The notes under the pieces: generated by a model
Told to the model about the DNA's origin: nothing
Databases searched by the model: none
The model's input: only the letters and a program-made list of their open reading frames with translations
Assembly (NCBI GenBank): GCA_044228695.1
Contig: JBGAUK010000003.1
Coordinates: forward strand, 27,380-91,379
Origin: Chromatiaceae bacterium
GTDB lineage: Bacteria > Pseudomonadota > Gammaproteobacteria > Chromatiales > Chromatiaceae
Reading direction: 5' to 3'
Length of the DNA: 64,000 bases
In this document: positions 37,129-46,860 of the stretch, piece after piece
How positions within the stretch are numbered: the stretch's first letter is position 1
Layout: the number at the start of each line of letters is the position of its first letter
Translations under genes and position numbers: made by a program

Positions 37129-38805
37129 TCAATCCTTGCTGGTGAGTTTGGGCAGCCCCGGCATGTCCACCGCGGTAGCAAGCCGGATCAGGGTGCGGGG
37201 GCCCGCCAGGCCATCGACCTCCAGCCCAGTTTGGGTCTGGAAGCGGCGGACCGCCTTTTCGACGTTGAGGTCGAACTTGTTGGAGCCATCGTCCTTGAAG
37301 TCCAGTCCCGGCACCTGGGTCAAAAGGTGGCGCAACCAGCGCACGGCCTCGCCCGAGGAGCCCGGACGGATGACGGTGCCCCCCACGGGTGGCGGCTGCC
37401 ACACCAGGAGATAGTCGCCCGTCCAGAGGCCATCCAGGGCGGCCAGGGACAGGGTCTCGGTGCCCTTCGGCAGTTGCAGGGTGCCCTCGTTTTCTCCCAG
37501 GCCGACCAGTGCCGCCCAGCCTTCCTGGCCATCCTTGTCCTGGAGATGCAGCAAGACGGGCAGGTTGTAGTCGCGCACCCGGCTCCAGCCGCCGCGATCC
37601 ATTTCGCACTCCAGGCCGAAGGTGCTCAGGCGGGCGCAGGCTTCCCGACCCGCGAGCTGGCCCAATTCCACGCTCCATTTTTGCAACAGGAGGCGCAGGG
37701 CGGTATCCCGTGCGGTCAGCAGTTCGCCGTCCGCCAGCAAGTCTCCGATCCGTTCGTCCGCGACGGCCTTGGCCAGGGCGATGCGCCCGTGTTCCTCGTC
37801 CAGGCCGGGGGCCGTCTCCGCCTCGGGGCTGGGGGGCTCGGGGGGGGCTTCCAGCCCCAGCAGGCTGGCCAGAAAGGGCGGCGGTTCGGGTCGGCCCGCG
37901 TATTCCCAATAGCCCCAGCCGGCACCCAGGGCGACCACCAGCAGCCCAGCCGCCAGAGCAGCCCAGCCGCCAGCATGAGCGGCCTTGCGCCAGGAGTGGC
38001 CGTACTGGACCTCGGCAACGGCCTGGTCCAGGATACGCCGGGTCACCATGGGGCTGCGGGTGACACAGGCCCCCAGCAGGGCGCGATCGCAAAAGATATT
38101 GATGAGGCGCGGCACGCCCTTGGACTGGCGGTGCAATTGGCGCAGGGCCGAGCGCGTAAAGAGGTGCCGATCCACCCCCGCCACGGCGAGCCGGTGCTGG
38201 ACATAGGCCGCCGTATCCTGGGCACTGAAGGGATTGAGATGATAACGGGCGGTAATGCGTTGATTAAGCTGCCGCAAACCCGGGTTGTGCAGCATGTCCC
38301 GCAACTCCGGCTGCCCCACCAGAAAGATTTGCAGCAGCTTGTGCTTGGGCGTCTCAAGATTGGTCAGCAGGCGTATCTGCTCCAGAACCCGCGGCGAGAG
38401 GTCCTGGGACTCGTCGATCATGAGCACGGGCCGGCGGCCCTGGGCGTGGGCTTCCAGCAGGTAGCGGTGCAGGCGGTCCACCAGGCGCTTGGCGGTCCGA
38501 TCCTCCTCGAGCAGGGGGATGCGAAACTCCTCGCAGATGGTACGCAGGAGCTCCGTCGCCGACAGGGCGGGATGGAGGATGAGGGCCAGGTCCACATGCT
38601 CGGGCAACTGTTCCAGGAAGGCCCGACAGACCGTGGTCTTGCCCGTGCCCACCTCCCCGGTGAGGAGCACGAAACCGCCATTCTCGCCGGCGCCATAGAC
38701 CAGATGCGCCAATGCCTCCCGATGCTGATCACTCAGGAAAAGGTACTGGGGATCAGGCGTGATGGAAAAACTGGGTTCCTTGAGGCCGAAATAATTAGCG
38801 TACAC
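37129..38805 (-). CDS. gspA: General secretion pathway protein A (ExeA-like AAA ATPase with a peptidoglycan-binding domain)
   Basis: MYANYFGLKEPSFSITPDPQYLF, Walker A LTGEVGTGKT, one TM segment and a C-terminal PG_binding-like LNVEKAVRRFQTQTGLEVDGLAGPRT. Confidence 0.9.
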   Translation of the reverse strand: MYANYFGLKEPSFSITPDPQYLFLSDQHREALAHLVYGAGENGGFVLLTGEVGTGKTTVCRAFLEQLPEHVDLALILHPALSATELLRTICEEFRIPLLEEDRTAKRLVDRLHRYLLEAHAQGRRPVLMIDESQDLSPRVLEQIRLLTNLETPKHKLLQIFLVGQPELRDMLHNPGLRQLNQRITARYHLNPFSAQDTAAYVQHRLAVAGVDRHLFTRSALRQLHRQSKGVPRLINIFCDRALLGACVTRSPMVTRRILDQAVAEVQYGHSWRKAAHAGGWAALAAGLLVVALGAGWGYWEYAGRPEPPPFLASLLGLEAPPEPPSPEAETAPGLDEEHGRIALAKAVADERIGDLLADGELLTARDTALRLLLQKWSVELGQLAGREACARLSTFGLECEMDRGGWSRVRDYNLPVLLHLQDKDGQEGWAALVGLGENEGTLQLPKGTETLSLAALDGLWTGDYLLVWQPPPVGGTVIRPGSSGEAVRWLRHLLTQVPGLDFKDDGSNKFDLNVEKAVRRFQTQTGLEVDGLAGPRTLIRLATAVDMPGLPKLTSKD

Positions 38806-39215
38806 AGCAATCGTGAATCAGGGCATCGGGATGCGGCATGGCAAGATGGGGCGAAGATCGGACGCTAGCGGATGGGGGGGACGCGCTCAATTTGACCAGA
38901 CTAGGGGTGCCGGGGGCGGACGTCAAGGGTTGGCGCGGCCCGCTTTGGCACCCGCGCCCGGGATGCCGGCCCGGTTTTTGATAATTCTGCTGGTTGCAAG
39001 GTCTCCCTCGATCTCATAATGTTCCGGATGACCGCCAGAGGTGGCAATTTCTCGCGGTCATTGCCGCCGTCCCGCCTCGCCGCTGTTTGTGCGACTCGAC
39101 GTAACGTCAAAAAACAATGACGATCCCTCGGCGCACCGCCGATGGCAGTGGCTCATGGCCCTTGCCCCAGCGGTTTCGCTAACTCCACATAATGTCGGAT
39201 CAGGAGTTTTGGAGC

Positions 39216-39833
39216 ATGAAACACACCCTGACGCGATCGCTTCTCGTCTCGCTCGTGGCCTTGACCCCCTTTACCCTTCAAGCCGAGCCAAACATGGAGC
39301 GCGGCAAGGCCCTCAACCGCCAGTGCGCCCTTTGTCATGGCTTTCATGGCCAGGGCGTTCTGGGCGGCAAGTACCCCCGCCTGGCCGGCCTGCCGGAGTA
39401 TTACCTGGTTGGCATGATGGACAAATACAAGAAGGGAGTCCTCGACTACCAGGCCATGACGGTCGTCGGCGGCATGCGCAACCTTTCCGACGAGGATCTC
39501 CAGAGTCTCGCGGCCTATCTCTCCGACGTTGACCTAGGGGCAGTCTCCCCCCTGGACATCCCCACCCCCGAAGGCGTCGATCTGGAAAATGGCGAGGATC
39601 TCTTCCAAGGGGACTGCAAAACCTGCCATGGGCGTAAGGCCGAAGGCATGAAGCGTAAGGAGTCCCCGCCCCTCGCGGGTCAGTACTCCGAATATCTGGC
39701 GCGTCAGATCGCGATGTTCAAGAAGAAGGAGCGCATCCACGCCAACGACGAGGAAGACGAGACTTTCGCCGAATATGAGCCACAGCAGATCAAGGACATC
39801 CTCGCCTACATCTCGACCCTGGACGATAAATAA
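39216..39833 (+). CDS. Dihaem c-type cytochrome (c4-like)
   Basis: Signal peptide MKHTLTRSLLVSLVALTPFTLQA. The two CxxCH motifs are CALCHG and CKTCHG. AGGAG lies 10 nt before the ATG at 39216. The track ORF starts at 39192. Confidence 0.85.
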   Translation: MKHTLTRSLLVSLVALTPFTLQAEPNMERGKALNRQCALCHGFHGQGVLGGKYPRLAGLPEYYLVGMMDKYKKGVLDYQAMTVVGGMRNLSDEDLQSLAAYLSDVDLGAVSPLDIPTPEGVDLENGEDLFQGDCKTCHGRKAEGMKRKESPPLAGQYSEYLARQIAMFKKKERIHANDEEDETFAEYEPQQIKDILAYISTLDDK

Positions 39834-39880
39834 GCGGACCCCTTGTCCCCATTCGCATCGCAGCCCATAGGAAACCGACC

Positions 39881-40378
39881 ATGAAATTCCTCGCTTCCTT
39901 TCTCGCGCTCGCCCTCGCCTGGCTGCCCGCCGCCCAGGCCAAGGACCCCGACGTGGAAATGTTCGATATTAGTCAAACCGTTATCAAGATGGCCCTGGCG
40001 GAGGGGGTTACCTGGGACGCGGCCTCCGATGCCATGATGTCCAAGGCCGCCGAACTCAACATGAAACTGGTTGGCCGCCAGAACGTCGGCAAGGAACTCC
40101 AGGCCCGTGGCATCCCCTCGCCGAATCTGGAGATTTTCCAGTTCTGCGACCCCGAGGACGCCATGAAGATGGTGGCCTTCAATACCATCTATGCCGCCTA
40201 CATGCCCTGTCGCATCGCCTTGGTCGAGGATGCCAACAAGCGTAATTGGCTCCTCATGCTCAATCTGGACATGGTCATCAACGCCTTCTCCCTGCCCGCC
40301 GAGTTGCAGGCCATCGCCATTGGCGTCAATGGCGAGATGCTCTCCATCCTGACGGCGGGCGCGACCGGTAGTTTCTGA
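39881..40378 (+). CDS. Exported DUF302-domain protein
   Basis: Signal peptide MKFLASFLALALAWLPAAQA. It also shows EIFQFCDPEDAMKMV and YMPCRIALVED, which are DUF302-like. Confidence 0.75.
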   Translation: MKFLASFLALALAWLPAAQAKDPDVEMFDISQTVIKMALAEGVTWDAASDAMMSKAAELNMKLVGRQNVGKELQARGIPSPNLEIFQFCDPEDAMKMVAFNTIYAAYMPCRIALVEDANKRNWLLMLNLDMVINAFSLPAELQAIAIGVNGEMLSILTAGATGSF

Positions 40379-40427
40379 TCTCCCGGTCACCGCGGCGGAG
40401 GTCGGGGCCCACAGTCCCGACCTCGGC

Positions 40428-41288
40428 TCACCGCTTCAAGATCCTTCCCAGCGGACCCAGCAGGTACTGACTGAAACCCCAGCCCAGGGCCGCACAGCCA
40501 ATGGCCATTTGCAACCCTCTCGCCCCGGCGTAACCCCCGTCCGACAGGATCAGCATGACGGCGGCGCCCGCCGCCAATAGGGCGCAAGCCAGATGCACCC
40601 CCAGATGGACCGCCGCCGCCTTCCAGCGTTGGGACAACCAGACACCCAGCCAGGCCGCCAGCCAGCCTCCCGCCAGCCCGGCGGCCACATCCACTGGCCA
40701 GTGCACCCCGACAGCCACCCGGCTGAGACCCACGGTCAGCGCCAGCGCCATCAACAGCAGCCGCGCGGCCATCCCCTGGATGAAACAGAGCCAGACGCCC
40801 AGCAGCACCGCCGCCGTCACCGTGTGGCCGGAGGGAAAGCTGGACTTGCGCAGGGCGGGGCCGATCAGATGAAAGCTATCCAGCGCCAGCACCGCCGGGG
40901 GCCGCCCGGCCGAGACCCAGGGCTTGAGGCCATGGGTAAAGGCCGTCGCCACCAGGGCTGCCAGAATCAGGGCCCAGAAAAGGCGCGGGTGGCGCAGGCT
41001 GAAAAAAAGCGACAGGGCAATGGCCAGGCGGGCATCGCCCAGCACCGTCAGCCACTCCCAGAACCCGGGCGGCCAACTCGCGGCCAGGTGGTTGAGGGTG
41101 AGAAAGCCCGCTTGGTAGCCGCCCAGGAGGAAAAGCGCCAAACCCACCAGCGCCGCCGCAAGGGCGCCCCAGGTTAGCCAAGGGCAGCCGCCGGATACCA
41201 GTCGTTCGCGCTCCAGCCCCGCCACCAGGGCCAGGCGCAGATCGGTAGCCAGGGCGGTGGCCAGGGCACGGGGGTCCAGCCTAGCCAT
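40428..41288 (-). CDS. PAP2-family membrane phosphatase
   Basis: All three acid-phosphatase motifs are present: KPWVSAGRP, PSGH and SRVAVGVHWPVD. Confidence 0.88.
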   Translation of the reverse strand: MARLDPRALATALATDLRLALVAGLERERLVSGGCPWLTWGALAAALVGLALFLLGGYQAGFLTLNHLAASWPPGFWEWLTVLGDARLAIALSLFFSLRHPRLFWALILAALVATAFTHGLKPWVSAGRPPAVLALDSFHLIGPALRKSSFPSGHTVTAAVLLGVWLCFIQGMAARLLLMALALTVGLSRVAVGVHWPVDVAAGLAGGWLAAWLGVWLSQRWKAAAVHLGVHLACALLAAGAAVMLILSDGGYAGARGLQMAIGCAALGWGFSQYLLGPLGRILKR

Positions 41289-41366
41289 GCCCCGACCCCA
41301 TCAGGTGCCGTCCCCAGTGCCGTGCCCCTGCCCTCCCGGCCCGCGAGTCCCTGCCCGCCGCCACCC

Positions 41367-42305
41367 TCATCCTTCAGCCCCTCGCGCCTGTCGCCAACCG
41401 ACGGAATAGATAGGCGGCTCCCCGGGCGGTCGGGTCTTGAAGCGCCGATGCACCCAGAAATACTGGGCCGGCAGGGTCCGGATCAGGCCCTCGATCACCT
41501 GGTTCATGGCGGTGGTGTCCGCGACCTCGTCGCCACTGGGAAAGGACGCCAGCGGCGTGCCAAAGATGACCTCCAGACCCTGGCCCCAGGGCCGGTAACG
41601 GGCATGGATCGGGATCACCACGGCATCCGCCAGTCGGGCGAAGCGACCCAGCATGGGGTAGGTCGAGGCCTGGACGCCGCAGAAGGGCACGAAGATACCG
41701 CGCCAGCGACCGGCATCCTGATCCGGCAGGTAGAAAAAGGGGATGCCCTGGCGAATCTTGCGCACCAGGCCCCGCAGGTCATCCTGACGTTCCACGGACA
41801 GGGCGCCAAAGCGCATCCGACCGGCTCGCATCCGCGCATCGATCACCGGGTCCCGAATCCTCTGGTACATGAACATGCCCGGGTTGACCAGGGCAGTGAA
41901 GGCCGCCCCCCCCAGTTCCAGGCCGATGAAGTGCGGCAGGAGGACGATGACGTTTTGCCCCCGCGCATGTAACTCATCGAAACGCTCCCGGTTGCGGAGT
42001 TGGACCAGCCGCGCCAGCCGGCGACGCGAGGCGCCCCACACCAGGCCCTGCGTCAGGGCGGCGACCCCCAGATAACCAAAGTGCCGGGAGACCAGCCGCT
42101 CCCGCTCGCGTGGCGACAGCTCCGGCAGGCAGAGTTCCAGATTACGCCGGGCCACCCGGCGCCGGCCCAGGGCGATCCACCCCACCAGTCGCCCAAGCCC
42201 CATGCCCAGCAACCAGAGGAGGGGAAAGGGCAGCAAGCCCAGCAGCCGCACCAGCCCCACCGCCAGCCAACTGGGCCAGTATCTTGGGGATAGGAGGGGA
42301 TTCAT
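41367..42305 (-). CDS. lpxL: Lipid A biosynthesis late acyltransferase (LpxL/HtrB family)
   Basis: 312 aa, with an N-terminal membrane anchor PRYWPSWLAVGLVRLL and HFIGLE (HX4E-type acyltransferase motif). Confidence 0.85.
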   Translation of the reverse strand: MNPLLSPRYWPSWLAVGLVRLLGLLPFPLLWLLGMGLGRLVGWIALGRRRVARRNLELCLPELSPRERERLVSRHFGYLGVAALTQGLVWGASRRRLARLVQLRNRERFDELHARGQNVIVLLPHFIGLELGGAAFTALVNPGMFMYQRIRDPVIDARMRAGRMRFGALSVERQDDLRGLVRKIRQGIPFFYLPDQDAGRWRGIFVPFCGVQASTYPMLGRFARLADAVVIPIHARYRPWGQGLEVIFGTPLASFPSGDEVADTTAMNQVIEGLIRTLPAQYFWVHRRFKTRPPGEPPIYSVGWRQARGAEG

Positions 42306-42306
42306 G

Positions 42307-43287
42307 TCAGCCCGACGGCTGGTCCAGGAAGCGGGCGGCCCCGAACAGGGGCGTGTGGGGATTGAGGATGACCTTGACGGGCATCCGTCTCAGCAAGGGC
42401 GTCATGCGGCCCTTGTCCAGGAAGGCGGCCAGAAAGTCCGGGCCGCGCAACAGGTCCAGGTTTTTAGGGGCTATGCCACCCCCCAGATAGACGCCACCCA
42501 GGGCCAGGTGCTTGAGGGCCAGATTGCCGGCCTCGCGACCGTAAAGCCTGACGAAGAGGGTCATGGTGGCGACGCAGAGGGGGCAGGTCCCCGCGGCCGC
42601 GCCCGCGGCGATGGCTGCCCCCAGGTCTTCGCCCCCCTCCTCTGGCAGACTGCCCCCCAGACCCTGGCCCTCCTGGCTCAGGAGAAATTCGTAGATGTTG
42701 CGCAGGCCGAGCCCCGAGACCAACCGCTCCCAGCTCACATGGCCATGACGCTGGCGCAGCCAGCCCAGGAGCGCTTCTTCCTGGGCCGTCGCCGGGGCAA
42801 AATCCCCATGGCCGCCCTCGGTGGCGAAGGGGTGATGACGCTGACCGTCCCAAAAGAGCCCCGCCTGCCCCAGGCCGGTGCCGGCGGAGATAACACAGGC
42901 GTTGCCCTGGGCGCCCTCCTCCCCCCGATGCAGGACCGCCAAATCCTCCGGCCCCAGGGCCGGGATGCCCCAGGCCACGGCCTCCAGGTCGTTGAGCAGA
43001 CGGACATCACCCCAACCGAATGCCGCCCCCAGGCGGCGGCTGTCGATGATCCAGGGGAGATTGGTGATCTCGCTGTGGCCGTCGCGCACCGGACCCGCCA
43101 CGGCGAAGGCCGCCCGGTCGGGGGTCAGACCCGTCTCCGCCAGATAGTGGCGGATCAGTGCCTCCAGGGAGGCAAAGTCGCCACTCGAAAGCCGCAGCTC
43201 CCGGTCCAGATGGAAACGGCCTTGCGCCCACTCCGCCAGGGCCAGGACCGTCTTGGTTCCCCCCACATCCCCAACCAGCACACCCAT
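42307..43287 (-). CDS. glk: Glucokinase
   Basis: LVGDVGGTKTVLAL (ATP-binding) and 326 aa of ROK-less Glk architecture. Confidence 0.88.
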   Translation of the reverse strand: MGVLVGDVGGTKTVLALAEWAQGRFHLDRELRLSSGDFASLEALIRHYLAETGLTPDRAAFAVAGPVRDGHSEITNLPWIIDSRRLGAAFGWGDVRLLNDLEAVAWGIPALGPEDLAVLHRGEEGAQGNACVISAGTGLGQAGLFWDGQRHHPFATEGGHGDFAPATAQEEALLGWLRQRHGHVSWERLVSGLGLRNIYEFLLSQEGQGLGGSLPEEGGEDLGAAIAAGAAAGTCPLCVATMTLFVRLYGREAGNLALKHLALGGVYLGGGIAPKNLDLLRGPDFLAAFLDKGRMTPLLRRMPVKVILNPHTPLFGAARFLDQPSG

Positions 43288-43310
43288 GGCTTAACTTCCT
43301 TAAAACAAGA

Positions 43311-43904
43311 TCAAGGCCGCAGCAGGCGGCCGGTACGCCCATCCCGGATGGTGGAGCACTGGACCCGGCCGCCGCAGGGTCCGGCCAGGAGATAATCCCC
43401 CGCCTCGCCCAGGCGCAGTCGGACCTCCAGGGCGGTGCGGGCCGGGAGTCGGGTGGCGCGATTGGCGCTGGTCGAGACCAGAGCCCGGCCCGCGGCCCAA
43501 CAGAGTGCAGCGGCCAGGGGATGGGCGGTGACCCGCACCGCCAGGGTCGTATGCTCGCCCCTCAGCCAGGGCGGGACCTCGGGACGCGCCGGCAGCAGCC
43601 AGGTGTAGGGGCCAGGCCAGGTCGCCAGGATCGCCGCCATGCGCTCCGCCTCCAGAAGCACCACGAAGGGGGTCAATTGTTGGAAGTCCGCCGCGATCAC
43701 AATCAGGCCCTTGGATTCGGGCCTCTGCTTCAGGGTCAGGATGCGCCGCGTCGCCGCGCCATTCCAGGGGTCGCAGCCCAGGCCATAGACGGCTTCGGTG
43801 GGATAAGCCACGACGCCCCCGGCCTTGATCCAATGGGCCGCGAGCCGCAGCCGCTGCCCGAGGCCAGCTGCCGGGGCATTGGCCTCCTCAAGCCTTGGCG
43901 TCAT
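43311..43904 (-). CDS. tsaC: Threonylcarbamoyl-AMP synthase (YrdC/TsaC)
   Basis: VVAYPTEAVYGLGCDP. The start at 43904 (MTPRLEE) overlaps the topA 3' end by 17 nt. The longer track ORF is an upstream extension within topA. Confidence 0.85.
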   Translation of the reverse strand: MTPRLEEANAPAAGLGQRLRLAAHWIKAGGVVAYPTEAVYGLGCDPWNGAATRRILTLKQRPESKGLIVIAADFQQLTPFVVLLEAERMAAILATWPGPYTWLLPARPEVPPWLRGEHTTLAVRVTAHPLAAALCWAAGRALVSTSANRATRLPARTALEVRLRLGEAGDYLLAGPCGGRVQCSTIRDGRTGRLLRP

Positions 43905-46215
43905 CGTCACCCGCCGCGCGCGAGCCCTGGGCCGCGTCATCCAGGGGTTCACTGTGCTTACATTCCGGCTGGGGGCAGACAATCTCGGCGCCCTTGGCCT
44001 TGGTAACCTTGAGGGTGAGGATGGGCCAGCCACAGCGGGGACAGGGCCCGGCAACCGGCTCGTTCCAGGTGGCGTAGTCGCACTTGGGATAGGTGGAGCA
44101 GGAAAAGAAGATCTTGCCCCGCCGCGATTTTTTCTTGAGGAGGGTGCCCTTGTTGCACTGGGGACAGGTCAAGCCCGTGTCCTCGGGACGCTCCAGGGGC
44201 TCGATATGACGGCATTTGGGGTAGCCCGTGCAGCCGATGAACTTGCCGTACTTGCCACGCTTGATCTGGAGTGGCGAGCCGCAGTCCGGGCATGAGCGCC
44301 CCTCGACCAGTTCCGGCGCCGCTGGTTCCTGATTCTTGCCCTCGCCCAGATCCCGGGTGTAATCGCACTCGGGATACTTGGTGCAGCCCACGAAGCGGCC
44401 ATGCCGGCCGAGACGGATGGAGAGGGGCTCGCCGCACTGGGGACAGGCCTCGTCCAGGGCCTCCTGGGTCACGTCACTGCGCTTGACGTGCTCCTGGATA
44501 TGGTCGATGCGCTCCTTGAAGGGCCGCCAGAATTGTTCCAGCAGGGGCACCCACTCGCCCTCGCCCCGGGAGACGGCATCCAGCTCGTCCTCCAGCCGGG
44601 CGGTGAAGTCGTAATCCACATAGGCGGTGAAGTGTTCAGTCAGGAAGCGATTGACCACCCGGCCCACGTCGGTGGGCAGAAAGCGCTTGCTGTCGAGCAG
44701 GACATATTCCCGCTCCTGCAGGGTCGTGATGATGCTGGCATAGGTAGAGGGTCGGCCAATGCCGTACTCCTCCAGGGCCTTGACCAGGCTGGCCTCCGAG
44801 TAGCGGGGTGGCGGCTCGGTGAAGTGTTGCTCGGGGCGGATGCCCAGCAGGTCCAGTCGCTCGCCCTCCACCAGGTTCGGCAACTGGCGCTCCTCGTCGT
44901 CATCCGCCTCCCGGGCATCGTCCCGGCCCTCCAGATAGACGCTCATGAAGCCGGGAAAGGCGACATGGGAACCCGTGGCGCGCAGCACATTGCCCGGCCC
45001 CGCCCCCAGGTCCACGGCGACCTGATCGATCAGGGCCTGTTCCATCTGACAGGCCAGGGTGCGCTTCCAGATCAGTTCATAGAGGCGCCCCTGCTCCCGG
45101 GTCAGGTGGGCCAGAATCTCCGCCGGCTGGCGGCGAATGGAGGTGGGCCGAATGGCCTCGTGGGCCTCCTGGGCATTCTTGGCCTTGGTCTTGTAGAGCC
45201 GGGCCTGGGGGGGCAGATGATCCGCACCGAAACGTTCGACCACGAAGCCCCGGATCTCATCCAGGGCCTCGTTGGCCAGATTGACCGAATCGGTACGCAT
45301 GTAGGTAATGAGGCCGACGGCCCCGCCGCCGATATCCACCCCCTCGTAGAGTTGCTGGGCCACGCGCATGGTGCGCAGGGTGGTAAAGCCAAGCTTGCGC
45401 GCCGCCTCCTGTTGCAGGGTGGAGGTGATGAAGGGCGGGGCCGGATTGCGCTTGCGCTGCTTGCGCTCGACACGATCCACGCTGAGTTGGCCGCCGGCGG
45501 CCGCGATCAGACCCCGTTCGACCTCCCGAGCCCGGGCATCGTCGCCGATGGTGAATTGCTCGACCTTGCCGCCCTCGAACTGGGTCAGGCGGGCCTCGAA
45601 GCCCTTGCCCTCCTTAGTTGAATCCGCGGCGATGGTCCAGTATTCGCGGGTCTTGAAGGCCTCGATCTCCAGCTCGCGCTCGACAATCAGGCGCAGGGCC
45701 GGGCTTTGCACCCGCCCCGCCGAGAGTCCGCGCCGCACCTTCTTCCACAGCAGGGGCGAGAGGTTGAAGCCCACCAGATAGTCCAGGGCCCGCCGGGCCT
45801 GCTGGGCATTGACCAGGTCCGTCGAGATTTCCCGGGGATTGGCCACCGCCTCCTGCACGGCGCGCTTGGTGATCTCGTTGAAGACCACCCGGTACACGGG
45901 CCGATCGCCCAACTGGCGCCGCTTCTTGAGCAACTCCATCAGGTGCCAGGAGATGGCCTCGCCCTCGCGGTCCGGGTCCGTCGCCAGGTAAAGGGCCTCG
46001 GCGCCCTTGAGCTTACTGGCGATGGTCTGGACATGCTTCTCGTTGCGCTCGATGACCTGGTACTTCATGGCGAAGCCATCCGCCGTATCAACCGCCCCCT
46101 CCTTGGGCACCAGGTCGCGGACATGGCCATAGGAGGCGACGACCTCGAAGTCCGGGCCCAGGTATTTCTTGATGGTTTTGGCCTTGGCAGGCGATTCGAC
46201 AACGACCAGATTCAT
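43888..46215 (-). CDS. topA: DNA topoisomerase I
   Basis: The TOPRIM start is MNLVVVESPAKAKTIKKYLG. The active-site region and repeated C-terminal Cys4 zinc ribbons (CPQCG...C, CPDCG...C) are present. Confidence 0.98.
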   Translation of the reverse strand: MNLVVVESPAKAKTIKKYLGPDFEVVASYGHVRDLVPKEGAVDTADGFAMKYQVIERNEKHVQTIASKLKGAEALYLATDPDREGEAISWHLMELLKKRRQLGDRPVYRVVFNEITKRAVQEAVANPREISTDLVNAQQARRALDYLVGFNLSPLLWKKVRRGLSAGRVQSPALRLIVERELEIEAFKTREYWTIAADSTKEGKGFEARLTQFEGGKVEQFTIGDDARAREVERGLIAAAGGQLSVDRVERKQRKRNPAPPFITSTLQQEAARKLGFTTLRTMRVAQQLYEGVDIGGGAVGLITYMRTDSVNLANEALDEIRGFVVERFGADHLPPQARLYKTKAKNAQEAHEAIRPTSIRRQPAEILAHLTREQGRLYELIWKRTLACQMEQALIDQVAVDLGAGPGNVLRATGSHVAFPGFMSVYLEGRDDAREADDDEERQLPNLVEGERLDLLGIRPEQHFTEPPPRYSEASLVKALEEYGIGRPSTYASIITTLQEREYVLLDSKRFLPTDVGRVVNRFLTEHFTAYVDYDFTARLEDELDAVSRGEGEWVPLLEQFWRPFKERIDHIQEHVKRSDVTQEALDEACPQCGEPLSIRLGRHGRFVGCTKYPECDYTRDLGEGKNQEPAAPELVEGRSCPDCGSPLQIKRGKYGKFIGCTGYPKCRHIEPLERPEDTGLTCPQCNKGTLLKKKSRRGKIFFSCSTYPKCDYATWNEPVAGPCPRCGWPILTLKVTKAKGAEIVCPQPECKHSEPLDDAAQGSRAAGDDDAKA

Positions 46216-46485
46216 AGGATGAGGTGCATCCGAGCAGGGTTAGGGGGTTCTGGAAGCGGCTCTGGCCACGGCTGGCCCGGACACGAGTCGCCTGGAAGGT
46301 TCTTAGGAAATACGATTCCCAGGCACCCCGTCAAGGGGAAGATGGGCCAGGGATGGATTTTTTCTGGCAAGATTTTCCCGGTAAGGAGTTGAGGTATGCC
46401 AGGGTTCCAGTGATGATGCCTCGTATTTGTTGCCGGCCAGGGCGGGCTGAAGCCCCTCCTCCCCGGCGGATTTGGCCAGGGGAAA

Positions 46486-46851
46486 ATGAGGATGAATAGC
46501 AAAAACCTGCTGATAACCGCCTGCTTGGTCCTGGTGCCGCTAGCCAGCCAGGGCCTGGACTTTACCCACCAGAACGCCTGCACCATCCGGGTCGAGGGTC
46601 GCAAACCCGTCACCACCACCTGCGTCTCCACGGGCTGCCTGAAATGCGGAAAACTGGACGTCGAGGTGAAAACGCCGGACGGCAAGGTGTTTGCCATCAC
46701 CCGGCGCCCGCATCCTGTGAATATCGAGGAGGATGCCTACAGCCTGCAAGGGGCCCCCGCCCGCCTGCGCAAAGGCAACCTGGGGGAAGACTCCATCTGC
46801 TACCAGCGCCTGGATCATTCCCTGGAGATCTGTATCGGGCCCTATAACTGA
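46486..46851 (+). CDS. Secreted Cys-rich hypothetical protein (121 aa)
   Basis: It has a signal peptide, 8 Cys and high GC3. Confidence 0.65.
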   Translation: MRMNSKNLLITACLVLVPLASQGLDFTHQNACTIRVEGRKPVTTTCVSTGCLKCGKLDVEVKTPDGKVFAITRRPHPVNIEEDAYSLQGAPARLRKGNLGEDSICYQRLDHSLEICIGPYN

Positions 46852-46860
46852 TCCCTGTCT

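Noticed and set aside
39042-39055. Sigma54-like TGGCA-N-TCGC upstream of the cytochrome c gene. A second TGGCAC occurs nearby at about 38945.
   Set aside because: The GG-to-GC spacing is one nucleotide short of the -24/-12 consensus in the first case. The second has no TTGC partner.
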